A stretch of DNA of 24,000 nt from contig NZ_CP061941.1 of the NCBI RefSeq assembly GCF_014805825.1, forward strand, positions 2,117,404 to 2,141,403, given 5' to 3'. The number at the start of each line of letters is the position of its first letter. The stretch's first letter is position 1. Shown piece after piece: positions 9,521 to 18,249 of the stretch. This DNA is from Marinomonas algicola (lineage in GTDB: Bacteria; Pseudomonadota; Gammaproteobacteria; Pseudomonadales; Marinomonadaceae). Both the position numbers and the translations under genes were made by a program. The notes below the pieces were generated by a model that was not told where the DNA came from, ran no database searches, and saw only the letters and a list, made by a program, of their open reading frames with translations.

Positions 9521-11170
9521 CTACATGTTAGGATAATTTGGTCCACCTGTGCCTTCTGGTACAACCCAAGTAATGTTTTGAGAAGGGTCTTTTATATCAC
9601 AGGTTTTACAATGAACGCAGTTCTGACTGTTTACTTGAAACACAGACTCGCCTTCTTTTTCAACCACTTCATACACACCGGCTGGACAATATCGTTGAGC
9701 AGGCTCATCGTACATGGGTAAATTCTTCTGTATAGGTATGTCTTTATCCGTGAGTTTTAAATGGCTGGGTTGGTCCTCGTCATGATTGGTATTCGATAAA
9801 AACACCGACGACAATTTATCAAAGCTGAGTAAACCATCAGGCTTTGGATAGACAATTTTCTGGTGCTTCTCCGCCAACTCAAGAGACGCATAATCTGGCA
9901 CCACGTCAGTAAAGTTAAAAGGTAATGACCCAGAGCAAAGGTTTTGATCAACCCAGTTATAAGCGCCGCCAAAGAAAGTGCCTAATTTATGCATGACCGG
10001 AACAAAATTGCGTGTTTGTTGCAATTCTTTCCCTACCCAAGACGCATTAAATGCTTCGGTGAAATCGGTTAACTTACTAGGAGGATTTTCACCTAATAAG
10101 GCGTTAACAATCGATTCTGCGGCTAACAAACCGGTTTTCATGGCCGTATGGGTACCTTTGATTTTACCTGGGTTTAAAGTTCCCGCGTCACAACCAATAA
10201 GTAGACCACCCTCAAAAACCATCTCAGGTAAAGAACGTAAGCCACCTTTAGCAATGGCTCGTGCGCCATAGGAAACCCGCTTGCCGCCTTGCAGATGCTT
10301 TGCTATCAATGGATGATGCTTATAACGCTGGAATTCATCATAAGGACTTAAGAAAGGGTTTTTATAGTTGAGGTCCGTAATGAGCCCGACGACCACTTGG
10401 TTATTTTCAAGATGGTATAAGAATCCCCCTCCACCCGCTTCGTTACCTAAAGGCCATCCAGCCGTATGAATAACGGTACCTGGTTTACTTTGTTCGGCAG
10501 GAACGTCCCATAACTCTTTAATACCCAATCCATAATGTTGTGGATCGGCGTCTTTGTCCAATCCAAAATGTTGGATTAATTGCTTTCCAAGGTGACCACG
10601 GCAGCCTTCAGCAAAAATAGTGTACTTAGCTTTAAGTAGCATTCCTGGCATATAACTGTCTTTTTCAGTCCCATCAGCGGCAATCCCCATATCACCAGTA
10701 ATAACACCTTCTACTCGACCAGAGTCATCGTAAGCTACCGTTGCGGCGGTGAAACCAGGAAACACTTCAACGCCCAGCTCTTCCGCTTTTTCGGCCAACC
10801 ATCGACATAAGTTGCCTAAACTGATGACATAGTTACCTTCATTGTGCATGGTTTTTGGAATCATCCAATTGGAAAACTGACGACTTACTTTATCATCATG
10901 TAGCCAATGCAATTCATCAACCTTTACTTCGGTATTCAGCGGTGCCCCTAGCGCTTTCCAATTAGGATAAAGCTCTTCTAAAGCAATAGGATCAACAACA
11001 GCGCCAGATAAAATATGAGCGCCTATTTCAGACCCTTTTTCAACTAAGCAAACACTAATTTCTTTTTCTTGCTCTTGAGCTAATTGCATTATACGGCAAG
11101 CGGATGAAAGACCTGCAGGACCACCACCAACAATTACCACATCAAATTCCATCACTTCACGTTCTGACAT
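9521..11170 (-). CDS. electron transfer flavoprotein-ubiquinone oxidoreductase (ETF-QO)
   Basis: FAD-binding VVIVGGGPAGLS and a C-terminal 4Fe-4S ferredoxin-like motif (CPAGVYE...CVHCKTCDIKDP) typical of ETF-QO. The track ORF starts at 11230. ATG 11170 (MSEREVMEFDVV) is preceded by a strong GGAGGGG RBS and is preferred. Confidence 0.92.
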   Translation of the reverse strand: MSEREVMEFDVVIVGGGPAGLSSACRIMQLAQEQEKEISVCLVEKGSEIGAHILSGAVVDPIALEELYPNWKALGAPLNTEVKVDELHWLHDDKVSRQFSNWMIPKTMHNEGNYVISLGNLCRWLAEKAEELGVEVFPGFTAATVAYDDSGRVEGVITGDMGIAADGTEKDSYMPGMLLKAKYTIFAEGCRGHLGKQLIQHFGLDKDADPQHYGLGIKELWDVPAEQSKPGTVIHTAGWPLGNEAGGGGFLYHLENNQVVVGLITDLNYKNPFLSPYDEFQRYKHHPLIAKHLQGGKRVSYGARAIAKGGLRSLPEMVFEGGLLIGCDAGTLNPGKIKGTHTAMKTGLLAAESIVNALLGENPPSKLTDFTEAFNASWVGKELQQTRNFVPVMHKLGTFFGGAYNWVDQNLCSGSLPFNFTDVVPDYASLELAEKHQKIVYPKPDGLLSFDKLSSVFLSNTNHDEDQPSHLKLTDKDIPIQKNLPMYDEPAQRYCPAGVYEVVEKEGESVFQVNSQNCVHCKTCDIKDPSQNITWVVPEGTGGPNYPNM

Positions 11171-11266
11171 ATCCCCTCCGAAACTGGCAAAATCTAAAAC
11201 TTTTGTAGACCTATTATTTTTATAATACAAGCCATACTGCTAACCCTCATCGCCACACAGCCAAAA

Positions 11267-13048
11267 CTATCGACTAAAACTGGATAAGGACAAATCTGAT
11301 ATTGTTGTACTACTAAACATAATAGCCTGATAATAGCTGTTTGTGCGAGGTAATATGTGCTTACAATAAAAATTAACGGACTGATTCCAAGATGATTTTT
11401 GTATATCAGACATTACACTTGATGATGACACTTTGGATTGCGCTTTAATTTGTAACCAACCACCAATGGTGTAACCCATTAACATCATTAGAGAATACGC
11501 TGATCCTGTTGCATTAACAGGGTCTTCATTCATGTATTTTAAACATTCTTTTTGCGCGTTATCCAATTCGTTAAGTGACTTTCTAACAAGGCTAATATTA
11601 TTCATTACATCAGGCAATGTCGTTTCTGTTTCAATAGAAGTTAATTCACTCTCTATGTCTGCTAGTAACCGTGACATCCCTTTACCTTGATCCGCATGCA
11701 GTTTCCGTCCAATCAAATCCAATGCTTGAATACCGTTTGTGCCTTCATAAATAGGCAGTATACGAGCATCTCTTGCATGTTGAGCTACGCCAGTCTCTTC
11801 AATAAAGCCTACACCACCATGGACCTGAATGGCTAAAGATGTGATTTCTTGAGCTTGCTCAGTGATCCAACCTTTGACGATAGGAGTCAAAATACCATTG
11901 CGTTCATTGTGGTTCGCCTGTTCCTTTCCTTCCGTTAAGTTAGCCAGGTCGATTTCTACGGCCGCACTGTAAACAAGTGAGCGCATAGCATCAATTTGGC
12001 TTTTCATTGTCATAAGCATCCTTAGCACATCTGGATGCTCAATGATGCTGGCTTTTTTGGAACGATCTTTAGCGACGCCTTGTTTCCGCTCTTGAGCGTA
12101 TTCCAGCGCCTGTTGGTAAGCTCTTTCTGAAATAGCTAAACCTTGTAAACCAACACCTTGGCGAGCATTGTTCATCATAGTAAACATAGCCATTAAGCCT
12201 CGATTCTCTTCCCCTACAAGGTAACCGATCGCGCCTTCGTTATCACCGAAACTCATAACACAAGTTGGCGATGCGTGAATCCCAAGTTTCTTTTCTACAG
12301 AAACAGGCACAACATCATTGCACGTGGTTGGGTTACCCGCTTCATCTAGCAAGAACTTAGGCACAATAAATAATGAAATACCTTTCACCCCTTCAGGTGC
12401 GTCAGGGAGACGAGCTAACACAAGATGAATAATATTATCCGTCATCTGATGGTCTCCCCATGTAATGAAGATTTTTTGACCAAATAAACGATAATGTTTG
12501 TCTTCAGGGATGGCTTTCGTCTGAATAGCGGCTAAATCAGAACCCGCGGCAGGTTCTGTAAGGTTCATAGAGCCTACCCATTCACCACTGATCATTTTAG
12601 GTAGGTAGGTTTCTTTAAGTTCATTACTGGCATGAGTTTCAATGGCTTCAATGGCACCTTGATTGAGTAAAGGGCAAAGAGAAAACGCTAAGTTAGCCGC
12701 TTGTACGCCTTCACTGACGGCAGCGGATAACGCAAAAGGCAACCCTTGTCCTCCATATTCTTCTGCACCTGAAAGCGAGCCCCAGCCCCCTTCCACATAG
12801 GATTTAAACGCCTTTTTAAAGCCTTTTGCTTCATGAACAGAACCGTTGACTATGCGGGAGCCTTCTTGATCACCAGAATGATTAATAGGTGCAATAACCT
12901 GTTCACACAATTTGCCGGCTTCATTCAGAATGGCATCAACTAAATCTTCAGACACTTCATCTGAACGCAAAGCATTGACACGAGAGAAGCCTGCAACCTG
13001 CTGTAAGCTAAAAGTAATATCATTAAGAGGGTAACGGTAATCGCTCAT
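11267..13048 (-). CDS. long acyl-CoA dehydrogenase (FadE1/FadE2-like, with extra N- and C-terminal domains)
   Basis: 593-aa ORF. N-terminus MSDYRYPLNDITF resembles the MPDYKAPLRD start of the roughly 600-aa Pseudomonas-type FadE enzymes. ACAD catalytic region PIYEGTNGIQALDLIGRKL is present. GGAG RBS upstream. Confidence 0.88.
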   Translation of the reverse strand: MSDYRYPLNDITFSLQQVAGFSRVNALRSDEVSEDLVDAILNEAGKLCEQVIAPINHSGDQEGSRIVNGSVHEAKGFKKAFKSYVEGGWGSLSGAEEYGGQGLPFALSAAVSEGVQAANLAFSLCPLLNQGAIEAIETHASNELKETYLPKMISGEWVGSMNLTEPAAGSDLAAIQTKAIPEDKHYRLFGQKIFITWGDHQMTDNIIHLVLARLPDAPEGVKGISLFIVPKFLLDEAGNPTTCNDVVPVSVEKKLGIHASPTCVMSFGDNEGAIGYLVGEENRGLMAMFTMMNNARQGVGLQGLAISERAYQQALEYAQERKQGVAKDRSKKASIIEHPDVLRMLMTMKSQIDAMRSLVYSAAVEIDLANLTEGKEQANHNERNGILTPIVKGWITEQAQEITSLAIQVHGGVGFIEETGVAQHARDARILPIYEGTNGIQALDLIGRKLHADQGKGMSRLLADIESELTSIETETTLPDVMNNISLVRKSLNELDNAQKECLKYMNEDPVNATGSAYSLMMLMGYTIGGWLQIKAQSKVSSSSVMSDIQKSSWNQSVNFYCKHILPRTNSYYQAIMFSSTTISDLSLSSFSR

Positions 13049-13181
13049 TTTTTATTCTCCGATTAATACCGATTAAAAGCATATAATTGGCTAATATAAT
13101 CCCCTTCTTGACCATTTCACTCAATAACACATTTCCTCTAAATCAATGACAAAAACAATCACATAAGTATTTTAGACGTAT

Positions 13182-14261
13182 TTACCCTTTACTCACTTCT
13201 TTAAAGCCTTTCTCAAATTTTAAGTATTCTTCATTTTTTCTGTATTCACCAGGCGTTACCCCTGTCCATTTTTTAAAAGAACGAAAGAAGGCGGAGGGCT
13301 CATCAAACCCCATTAATTGAGCTATGTCGCTGATGCTTAATTGAGGCGCATTCATATAAGTAATCGCAGCTTCTTTACGACATTCGTCTTTTATCTGTTG
13401 ATAAGAGGTTTTCTCTTCATTTAGCCTTCTACGTAATGTAGAAACACTCATATTCAATGCAGAAGCCACTTCATCAGCACTTAATACGTCTCTAGAAAAG
13501 TCTTTTCCTAACATAGACATAACTTGCGATTTCAAGCTGTTGTCATTATCGACCATCACCAGCAATTGGTAAGGCGCTGTTTTTAAAAATCCCCTGAGGC
13601 TTTCCTCTGTTTGAACCACAGGTAAATCTAAATAACTGGAAGGAAAAACCAAGGCATTGGCGTGTTGATTAAATTTTACTTCAGATTGAAAGAGGGTCTT
13701 GTAATAATCAAGGTCATCTGGGCGCTGACAAGTAAAATACGCGGCTTTTAGTGATAATCGTCGCCCAATGAGCCAGCTAATAAAGTGATGCCACATGGAC
13801 AGCGTGGTTCGAAGACGATCTTGTGACTCTGTGTTCATCAACGCCTCAACGTCTCCCTCTGATGCGGAATCTAATGGCGCGAAGGTGACCATGGCATATC
13901 GGCCTTTTTTAATTAACACCGGCTTTATGCTTGGTCCGCGACAAATTTCATAAAAATCACTGCAACGATATAATGAATGGGCGAGAGAACGAGCATGAAT
14001 AATGCACAAGCACATCATTCTAAAGGTTCCATTAGGTATCTTTCCACCACTTAACATGCCAAAAGACTCGTCCTGAACCAAAAACATAATATGTTGATAC
14101 AAGAGTCCATACTTATGAGCGGGGAAGGAACTGCCAAACTCAATATCTTCTTTAGATATATCTAATGTCGACAATAATCCTGCGCTATCAACTCCCTGAT
14201 CTTCAAGGGCCTTCAGCAAAAAACGGACACTTGACATGGGAACAAACGCTTTTAAATTCAT
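13182..14261 (-). CDS. AraC-family transcriptional regulator (N-terminal AraC-binding-like domain)
   Basis: C-terminal double HTH (LSISDIAQLMGFDEPSAFFRSFKKWTGVTPGEYR). The track ORF starts at 14354, but that extension runs through the terminator hairpin of the upstream gene. ATG 14261 (MNLKAF...) is preferred; ATG 14237 is also possible. Confidence 0.85.
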   Translation of the reverse strand: MNLKAFVPMSSVRFLLKALEDQGVDSAGLLSTLDISKEDIEFGSSFPAHKYGLLYQHIMFLVQDESFGMLSGGKIPNGTFRMMCLCIIHARSLAHSLYRCSDFYEICRGPSIKPVLIKKGRYAMVTFAPLDSASEGDVEALMNTESQDRLRTTLSMWHHFISWLIGRRLSLKAAYFTCQRPDDLDYYKTLFQSEVKFNQHANALVFPSSYLDLPVVQTEESLRGFLKTAPYQLLVMVDNDNSLKSQVMSMLGKDFSRDVLSADEVASALNMSVSTLRRRLNEEKTSYQQIKDECRKEAAITYMNAPQLSISDIAQLMGFDEPSAFFRSFKKWTGVTPGEYRKNEEYLKFEKGFKEVSKG

Positions 14262-14306
14262 GATGTATCTCTTTAAAACAAATGTTTTACAGTAAAAAAA
14301 ACAATA

Positions 14307-14333
14307 AAAAAGGCTGCAAATGCAGCCTCTTTT
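14307..14333 (-). terminator. rho-independent terminator of the 113-aa basic protein gene
   Basis: AGGCTGCA-aa-TGCAGCCT perfect inverted repeat (14311..14328). On the minus strand the stem is followed by TTTTTATTGTTTTTTTT. Lies about 45 nt after the stop at 14374. Confidence 0.85.
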
Positions 14334-14373
14334 AAACATTAACGCTTGAAACAACCATCGCGCTCTTTAAACC

Positions 14374-14715
14374 TTAATAGGTTTCAGAGAATGCATTCAT
14401 TAAATCATTCGTTGTTAATTCTTCAGTTGAAGAGTCATCTTGAGCAAGAGCCTCTTCAACGGTCACTTCGGTAGCGGGTGCTACAAAAGTAAATCGTCTT
14501 GGCCTGATTGCCGGTTTTGCTTCTGCAACATCAGGCAACAAACCTAATCGAGATAATTTCTTTTGAGCTTGCTCTTTACGTAACTGTGATTTTTTTACAT
14601 GGAAGCGTCGCGGCTCTTTTGATTTTTGAGCTTTACGCTGCTCTTTCATCATTTCTTTCGTGCCGGTTTTACCGAGTTTTCCACGCATTGTTCGCGTTTT
14701 TTTTGATCGTGCCAT
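14374..14715 (-). CDS. hypothetical small protein, very basic N-terminal half and acidic C-terminal tail
   Basis: 113-aa ORF with its own strong terminator. By hand count, 22 of the first 56 residues are Lys/Arg. The last 31 residues (EVTVEEALAQDDSSTEELTTNDLMNAFSETY) contain 9 Asp/Glu and no basic residue. I cannot confidently recognise a family. Confidence 0.6.
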   Translation of the reverse strand: MARSKKTRTMRGKLGKTGTKEMMKEQRKAQKSKEPRRFHVKKSQLRKEQAQKKLSRLGLLPDVAEAKPAIRPRRFTFVAPATEVTVEEALAQDDSSTEELTTNDLMNAFSETY

Positions 14716-14814
14716 GATTTCCTCACTCTATTGCGGGTAAATTGTAGCAGCCTTAGGCAGCACAGTCACTGAACTTTGACGGATCAAAAATATTTCTGCT
14801 GTTTCAGCGTTAAT

Positions 14815-15258
14815 TTAACACTCGAACTGGAAAGTGCGATGCCCTATTTTACGCAATTTACCGACTTCTTTAACCAAACTCTTAACTGAGTCTTGATCAT
14901 TCTCCGACACGGCCACTTTTAGTTTATTGAAAACACTTGAAGTATCATCGATTACTTTCTGGTAATCAGCCATACGTTGCGACAGTTCTTCAGCTGAAAG
15001 TGTTTTTTCCTTCAAGAGATAAGGTGTCTCACTTCTAGATAAGGTTAAGTTTTGACGAATCGAATCGATTCTGGTTAACGCATTCTCAGTATTTCCGGAT
15101 CGAATTTCAAACGACAAAGACTTTAAATCAGTCTTCATGTCTTCCATGTAATTATGCAGTTTTGTATCATGACAATCTCCATGTCCATGTCCATACACAG
15201 GCGCACTCAGGGAAACCGCAATTGCGGAGGCAGCAAGCAGGGCTTTAAACGGTAACAT
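14815..15258 (-). CDS. cytochrome b562-family periplasmic four-helix-bundle protein
   Basis: Aligns by eye with E. coli CybC: NYMEDMKTDLKSL versus DNMETLNDNLKVI (Met ligand), ETPYLLKEK versus ATPPKLEDK, and GKLRKIGHRTF versus TTRNAYHQKY (His ligand). Has a signal peptide MLPFKALLAASAIAVSLSA. The track ORF begins at TTG 15276. ATG 15258, preceded by GGAGAG, is preferred. Confidence 0.75.
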   Translation of the reverse strand: MLPFKALLAASAIAVSLSAPVYGHGHGDCHDTKLHNYMEDMKTDLKSLSFEIRSGNTENALTRIDSIRQNLTLSRSETPYLLKEKTLSAEELSQRMADYQKVIDDTSSVFNKLKVAVSENDQDSVKSLVKEVGKLRKIGHRTFQFEC

Positions 15259-15376
15259 AAACAAATCACTCTCCAATGAATATTAATAGAATCTAAACTA
15301 GCAACTTAAATAAGTTAACTTTCTTTACGACTCTTTTGCAAAAACAGACCATTTTAATAAGAAGGACGGCTTTTTT

Positions 15377-15736
15377 ATGGTAAAAGTGCTTCACTTTATC
15401 GACAATAGGCGTTATTCATTAAGCACAATCAGTAGGCCACTTTTCCTTATGCCAATAAAAATTACCATCACATGCTTTATATCACTGCTCATGGCAAGCA
15501 ATGTGTCTGCTGAATGTCGTGACTTAGATAGCATAAAATCATCAAATGAAAAGGCATTGGAACTCTTACCTGGTGAGGTTTTTTTACCTGGAAAAGTACT
15601 AAAAAAGCACCATCCAAGCGGCATAAAAGAAGTAGCAAGCTACATTAAATCACAAAACTTATATTACACCGTTTTTGCTCATGTAAATGCCGACTGTAAC
15701 GCGACTTTAATCAAGCGTACAAACGGAAAATACTAG
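15377..15736 (+). CDS. hypothetical small exported or membrane-anchored protein
   Basis: 119-aa ORF with GAAGGA about 10 nt upstream of ATG 15377. Hydrophobic segment ITITCFISLLMASNVSA is followed by ECRD (alternative start at M25, 15449). Two Cys residues in the predicted mature part. Followed immediately by a hairpin. No family recognised. Confidence 0.45.
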   Translation: MVKVLHFIDNRRYSLSTISRPLFLMPIKITITCFISLLMASNVSAECRDLDSIKSSNEKALELLPGEVFLPGKVLKKHHPSGIKEVASYIKSQNLYYTVFAHVNADCNATLIKRTNGKY

Positions 15737-15737
15737 A

Positions 15738-15777
15738 GATCATAAGTCCTTCGTCTAAAATCGGCGCACTTATGATC
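15738..15777. terminator. stem-loop between convergent small ORF and Lon-like protease gene
   Basis: Perfect 10-bp inverted repeat: GATCATAAGT (15738..15747) and ACTTATGATC (15768..15777), with a 20-nt loop. The large loop and weak U-tract make terminator function uncertain. Confidence 0.45.
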
Positions 15778-15807
15778 CCTAAGCAAAAAATAACTCATTC
15801 GCTTTTA

Positions 15808-18249
15808 TTAACGAGCGGATTTACCATCTTTTGTGTCTGGTTTTTCTTCCTCCTCGCCCTCTTCACTCTCTTCTTCTTCACCAAGCTTAGATATTTCTTC
15901 TAGTTTTTGTATCACACGAGCATTAATACTTCCATCTGGGTAGTCCCCTTCAGCATTAACCACACCTGCTTCAATACCTGTCAGTAATGCAAGCGCTTCA
16001 TCGGCGGTGGCTATTAAATAAATTGAAAACTTGCCTGCCGATACGGCGTCTAATATTTCATCTGATAACATCAAATTATTGGCATTAGACTTAGGGATAA
16101 TGACCCCTTGAGTCCCTGTCAGTCCTCTGGCATTACAAACGTTGAAGAAGCCTTCGATTTTTTCATTTACGCCACCGATAGCCTGCACTTCACCGTATTG
16201 ATTCAATGATCCAGTGATCGCCAAATCTTGTCGTAATGGGACTTGAACTAGAGCGGATAACAAACAACACAATTCGGCCGTTGACGCACTGTCGCCGTCG
16301 ACATAGCCATAACTCTGCTCCATTGCGATAGACGCCGATATATCTAAAGGAAATTTTTGAGCGTATTTGTTACCTAAGTAACCTGACAGAATTAACACGC
16401 CTTTTGAGTGAATATTCTGCCCAAGATTGGACTCTCTCTCGATATCAATGATTCCTTTTCCACCAGGATAGACCGTTGTCGAAATCCTCGCCGGTGCGCC
16501 AAAGCTACTGTCTCCAATTTGCATCACAGTCAACCCGTTTATTTTACCGACCGCAATACCATCGCTTTCAAGTAAAACCGTGCCATCGACAATTTCTTCA
16601 ATAATTTTTTCACTCACACGACCCGTGCGGTGTTTTTTCGCCTTTAATGCGCGTTTGATATGGATATCAGTAGTGAGGTCGTCTTTAGCAAGTTGACGAA
16701 TAAAATCCGCCTCACCTAATAACTCAAACACATCGCCAATACGCGCCGACATCTCTTTTTGATGCTCTGCCAAACGACTGCTGTACTCGATTAATGTTGC
16801 CACACCGGCCTGAGTAACGTCGGCGTAGTTTTCCTTTAAAACACGATCATTTAACAAGCGTGAAAAGGCCATTTCTGACTCTTTATTACGTTTTAAGGTA
16901 TCGTCAAAATCAACCAACACACGAAACATATCTTGAAAATCTGGATCCGCATCCTGCAACAGATAATAGATTTCACGCGAACCAATAAGCACTACTTTTA
17001 CTTTTAAAGGAATGTCTTCTGGTGCTAAGGTGGTTGTATTCGTTAGCCCTAAATCAGAATAAGGGTGCTCGATTTTTAAGGTCTTACTTTTTAAAGCACG
17101 CTTTAGTGCTTCCCACAAATAATGATCCGTTAGCAGCTTTTCGGCATCCAGAATAAGATAACCGCCATTAGCGGCATGCAGACTACCAGATCGAATTAAA
17201 CGATGATTGGTAATTAGCATCCCTTGATCACTGCTGTACTCAACTTGACCAAAGAGGTTTCTATAGGTGGGATGTGCCTCATAGACAACCGGCATCCCAC
17301 CATCCACTTGATGTGTCACCGCCACATTGGGCAAATAAAGTTCTTCATAAGCCTGACGCCTTCCAGCATCATCCCGACTGTCTGTTACTTTATCGTCAAC
17401 CATTTGATCAATAATGTTTTTATCTAAATCTTCGCGCATTGAATTTAGATACGCTAAGACAGCAGGATTTTCACTATAATGGTCAAACAATGGCTGCATA
17501 AAAGGATCAAGGGCTTCTTTTACTGTTTCTAGATTCAGTAGTTTATGTTTTTCGTAGGTGGTACGCTTCCATTGAGGCAAAATCAGCAACTCATTATTTA
17601 ACCTCTGCTCTAGCTGAGAAACCCCCTCTTGAAAGTAGTCACGCTCATCATCGGATAAGGCCGCAAACTCATGATCCTCTAGCGCCTTACCTTCTCTCAT
17701 GGGAGCAAAACTGACAGAAGAGGCGTCGCGATACATCGCCACGCCAATTTTTACCGATTCTTTTTCAACTTTATTAATCGCTGATTCATAGAGCTCATTA
17801 AACTCACGATCTATCGCGCTTTTTTGCTGCTGATAAGTAGGGTTTTCAAAAGCCGCCGGAAAACTGACCATTAACCCGTCGATGACCTCTTTTAAATGGT
17901 CTTCAAACACTTTTGCCTGCCCCGGCGCAAATTCAATGGCTTTTGGTGAGCGACTGTCATCAAAATTATGAACGTAAGTCCACTCTTGGGGTGACCCTTG
18001 ACGTTTTGCTTCTCCTTTCAAATAGCTCATCACATAAGATGATCGTCCTGTTCCAGAGTCACCCATCGCGTAGATATTGTATCCAGGCCTTTGCATGGCG
18101 ACACCGAATTGAATGGCTTCAACGGCACGCTCTTGGCCTAGAATACCGTTTAACGGATCAAGCTCAGAAAGCGTTGAAAATTCAAGGTGGGACATGGGAA
18201 CTTTTGCACATAATTTGTCAACTGAAAGAGGGCTTACCGTAAATGTCAT
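15808..18249 (-). CDS. Lon-like protease (AAA_32-type degenerate ATPase domain plus Lon C-terminal Ser-Lys protease domain)
   Basis: 813-aa ORF. P-loop-like GDSGTGRS has Arg where the Walker A Lys is expected. The Lon proteolytic domain has YVDGDSASTAE (Ser) and IGGVNEKIEGFF (Lys). Acidic C-terminal tail EEEESEEGEEEEK. AGGAAG RBS 7 nt before ATG 18249. Confidence 0.85.
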   Translation of the reverse strand: MTFTVSPLSVDKLCAKVPMSHLEFSTLSELDPLNGILGQERAVEAIQFGVAMQRPGYNIYAMGDSGTGRSSYVMSYLKGEAKRQGSPQEWTYVHNFDDSRSPKAIEFAPGQAKVFEDHLKEVIDGLMVSFPAAFENPTYQQQKSAIDREFNELYESAINKVEKESVKIGVAMYRDASSVSFAPMREGKALEDHEFAALSDDERDYFQEGVSQLEQRLNNELLILPQWKRTTYEKHKLLNLETVKEALDPFMQPLFDHYSENPAVLAYLNSMREDLDKNIIDQMVDDKVTDSRDDAGRRQAYEELYLPNVAVTHQVDGGMPVVYEAHPTYRNLFGQVEYSSDQGMLITNHRLIRSGSLHAANGGYLILDAEKLLTDHYLWEALKRALKSKTLKIEHPYSDLGLTNTTTLAPEDIPLKVKVVLIGSREIYYLLQDADPDFQDMFRVLVDFDDTLKRNKESEMAFSRLLNDRVLKENYADVTQAGVATLIEYSSRLAEHQKEMSARIGDVFELLGEADFIRQLAKDDLTTDIHIKRALKAKKHRTGRVSEKIIEEIVDGTVLLESDGIAVGKINGLTVMQIGDSSFGAPARISTTVYPGGKGIIDIERESNLGQNIHSKGVLILSGYLGNKYAQKFPLDISASIAMEQSYGYVDGDSASTAELCCLLSALVQVPLRQDLAITGSLNQYGEVQAIGGVNEKIEGFFNVCNARGLTGTQGVIIPKSNANNLMLSDEILDAVSAGKFSIYLIATADEALALLTGIEAGVVNAEGDYPDGSINARVIQKLEEISKLGEEEESEEGEEEEKPDTKDGKSAR

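Noticed and set aside
15808-18249. Lon-like protease as a BrxL-type component of a BREX or other phage-defence system.
   Set aside because: No PglX methyltransferase, PglZ phosphatase, BrxA/B/C or any other defence-associated gene is nearby. The neighbours are tatD/holB housekeeping genes and small periplasmic proteins. The domain layout fits the widespread stand-alone AAA_32 + Lon_C family.
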